In this document: piece after piece, positions 62,309 to 64,000 of the stretch | Position numbering within the stretch: the stretch's first letter is position 1 | How the letters are laid out: each line of letters opens with the position of its first letter | Source: an uncultured candidate division WWE3 bacterium | GTDB taxonomy: Bacteria > Patescibacteriota > WWE3 > UBA101185 > UBA10185 | Direction of reading: 5' to 3' | Length of the DNA: 64,000 nt | Assembly (NCBI GenBank): GCA_963765125.1 | Contig: CAVXUZ010000005.1 | Span: forward strand, 361,441 to 425,440 | Notes under the pieces: model-generated | The model's input: only the letters and a program-made list of their open reading frames with translations | What the model was told of the DNA's origin: nothing | Databases searched by the model: none | Translations under genes and position numbers: made by a program

Positions 62309-63799
62309 TTACAAAACCTCGATCCACATCTCTTTTTGAACGTCCTCAAACTGCGGTCTGATCAACAATCCGCACTCTTTTCCTTTGCCTATATCTTCAA
62401 CTTCATCCTTCTCAACTTTAATTTTCTTGATTGCACCCATATACAGTGCCTCTGATCTTATGTCTTTTACATCAGCAGGGTTCTTATCAAAGATAGCAAT
62501 GCGGTTTTTTTCCTTTAATCGGCCTAATTCAACATTGCAACCTAGTATTCTGTCCCCTGATTCAAGCTTAAATATCTTTATTATTTGAGCGCGTCCTTTT
62601 ACCTTTTTCTCTTCAGACAACGCAGTGCCCTCAAGAAGATTGCTAACCTCGTCGATTAAGTCGTAGATTGTGCTGTAGGACCTCACAACTACCCCAGATT
62701 CTCTTGCTAAGTCGTTGATAAAACTCGAAACCTTAACATTAAAACCCAAAACCAAACCGTCACCGCTTTGTGCTAGAGCAATATCTGAGTCAGTAACTTC
62801 TCCTGTGGATGTAAGCAAGAATTTGATAGAAAAGGTTAGGCCAGCCCCAGATGTTAGCAACTCTGCCAAACTCGCCTTTACCGCCTCTAAGGTACCTTGG
62901 GTGTCAGCTTTAAGCACTATTGAAACAACTTTACTTGTATCCTTGCCGATTATCTCTTCTCTCGTTTCGTCGAGGGCTAAAGATGCGAGTTCGCTTCCTT
63001 CTTGGACTATTAAATCACCAACATTTGGAACTTCTTTAAACCCTGTGATTTCAATCGGTGTGCTTGGAACAGCCTCTTGTAAGAGTCTACCTTTATCATC
63101 CATCATAGATCTAATCTTTGCTGTATGCCCACTCGCAGTTACCTTATCACCAACATGCAGTGTTCCTGCTTTTATTATGCAGGTCACAACTACACCTTTT
63201 TTTACATCTTTTTTTGACTCAATAATGGTTCCTTCGATTTCTGCGTCTGGGAGATCCCTAAGTTCTAATAATTCAGCAACAGCTAGTATCGCGTCGAGAA
63301 GCTTGTCGAGATTTGTTTTTTGTTTTGCTGAGACTTCAATACAAACTATGTTTCCACCCCAATCCTCAACCAATATATTTTCTTGAGCGAGCTGCTGTTT
63401 TGCTTTTTGGGTATCTGCTGCAGGTAAATCAATTTTGTTTACAACAACAATAATCTGGGCACCTGATGCTTTTGCGTGTGCTATTGCCTCTCTTGTTTGT
63501 GGCTGAACACCTGAATCGGCTGCCACTACAAGTACAACAATATCTGCAACTCTGCCACCTCTTGCACGCATTTGAGAAAACGCTGCATGTCCTGGTGTAT
63601 CAATAAATGTAATTTTTTGGTTATTATGGATAATTTGGTAAGCGCCAATATGCTGAGTAATTCCTCCGTATTCGCCTAGCTGTACTTTGGTGTTTCTTAT
63701 TGCGTCGAGAATACTGGTTTTACCATGATCAACATGGCCCATGACCGTGACAATTGGAGGTCTATATTCATGTGTTTCAGTATTTTTTTTGTTTTGCAT
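62309..63799 (-). CDS. infB: translation initiation factor IF-2 (short form, G-domain starts at residue about 15)
   Basis: [16 protein letters not shown] and NKID motifs. Confidence 0.95.
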   Translation of the reverse strand: MQNKKNTETHEYRPPIVTVMGHVDHGKTSILDAIRNTKVQLGEYGGITQHIGAYQIIHNNQKITFIDTPGHAAFSQMRARGGRVADIVVLVVAADSGVQPQTREAIAHAKASGAQIIVVVNKIDLPAADTQKAKQQLAQENILVEDWGGNIVCIEVSAKQKTNLDKLLDAILAVAELLELRDLPDAEIEGTIIESKKDVKKGVVVTCIIKAGTLHVGDKVTASGHTAKIRSMMDDKGRLLQEAVPSTPIEITGFKEVPNVGDLIVQEGSELASLALDETREEIIGKDTSKVVSIVLKADTQGTLEAVKASLAELLTSGAGLTFSIKFLLTSTGEVTDSDIALAQSGDGLVLGFNVKVSSFINDLARESGVVVRSYSTIYDLIDEVSNLLEGTALSEEKKVKGRAQIIKIFKLESGDRILGCNVELGRLKEKNRIAIFDKNPADVKDIRSEALYMGAIKKIKVEKDEVEDIGKGKECGLLIRPQFEDVQKEMWIEVL

Positions 63800-63823
63800 A
63801 GCTTTCCTATATAAGCCATTTTA

Positions 63824-64000
63824 TTATGCCTCTTCGGAGTGTTCGTCTTGAACCTGTTCTTCACCATCTGCAGTTTCTTCAGTTTTCTCTTCATCCCCAG
63901 ATGCTTGTTCATCTTGAGCAAGTCTGGCATCCTCTTCGGCGGCAGCGACTTCTTGCGCTTTTTTCTCTTTTTCATCATTTAGCTCTTTGGTTGCAGCTCT
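63824..64000 (-). CDS. 3' end of an upstream ORF with a highly acidic tail (possible NusA C-terminus or detached IF2 N-region), partial
   Basis: Minus-strand frame open from the window edge to a TAA at 63824-63826, encoding ...AEEDARLAQDEQASGDEEKTEETADGEEQVQDEHSEEA. Confidence 0.3.
   Translation of the reverse strand, partial: RAATKELNDEKEKKAQEVAAAEEDARLAQDEQASGDEEKTEETADGEEQVQDEHSEEA

Noticed and set aside
63697-63978. 93-aa Lys-rich ORF overlapping the infB start
   Set aside because: It is in a different frame of the infB 5' region and its acidic upstream neighbour, with KKRKKRKK low complexity. It is a frame artefact.

Overview
This window looks like part of an AT-rich, small-genome bacterium, probably Candidate Phyla Radiation/Patescibacteria (inference). 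The evidence is that ribosomal protein L30 is absent between S5 and L15, S14 is the zinc-ribbon Z-type, L3 and IF2 are shortened, and type IV pilins are present. Standard stop codons are used, and the UGA-reading release factor RF2 is present. About 24 kb on the minus strand is a contiguous house-keeping supercluster: rpoB, rpoC, rpsL, rpsG, fusA, tuf, the S10 operon, the spc operon, secY, ybaB and adk. In this sequence the rpoB 3' end and all of rpoC (about 17.7–21.7 kb) are broken by many frameshifts and one in-frame TAA. Flanking genes are intact. The alpha operon (infA, rpmJ, rpsM, rpsK, rpsD, rpoA, rplQ, followed by rplM and rpsI) sits about 36 kb away on the opposite strand, behind a clear sigma70-like promoter. 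The rest is a mixed house-keeping and accessory region. It holds lepB, a GT-C/TPR membrane protein, rsmB-like, mraY, a degenerate Mur-ligase-like gene, an ECF sigma factor, yvcK, two tandem type IV pilins, secA, uppP and serS, with a GC-rich T-box-like leader upstream of serS. It also holds an XRE/RadC/TasA-like cluster, a membrane-anchored double AAA+ Clp/Hsp100-like ATPase, prfB without a programmed frameshift, rodZ, ftsK, rnj and a family-4 uracil-DNA glycosylase (UDG). Further on are a Nudix gene, a Lon-derived AAA+ module that lacks both the N-domain and the protease domain and is co-operonic with a zinc-ribbon membrane protein, then pnp, rpsO, a degenerate DHH protein and a short infB. 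No CRISPR array, rRNA, tRNA or obvious mobile element was seen.
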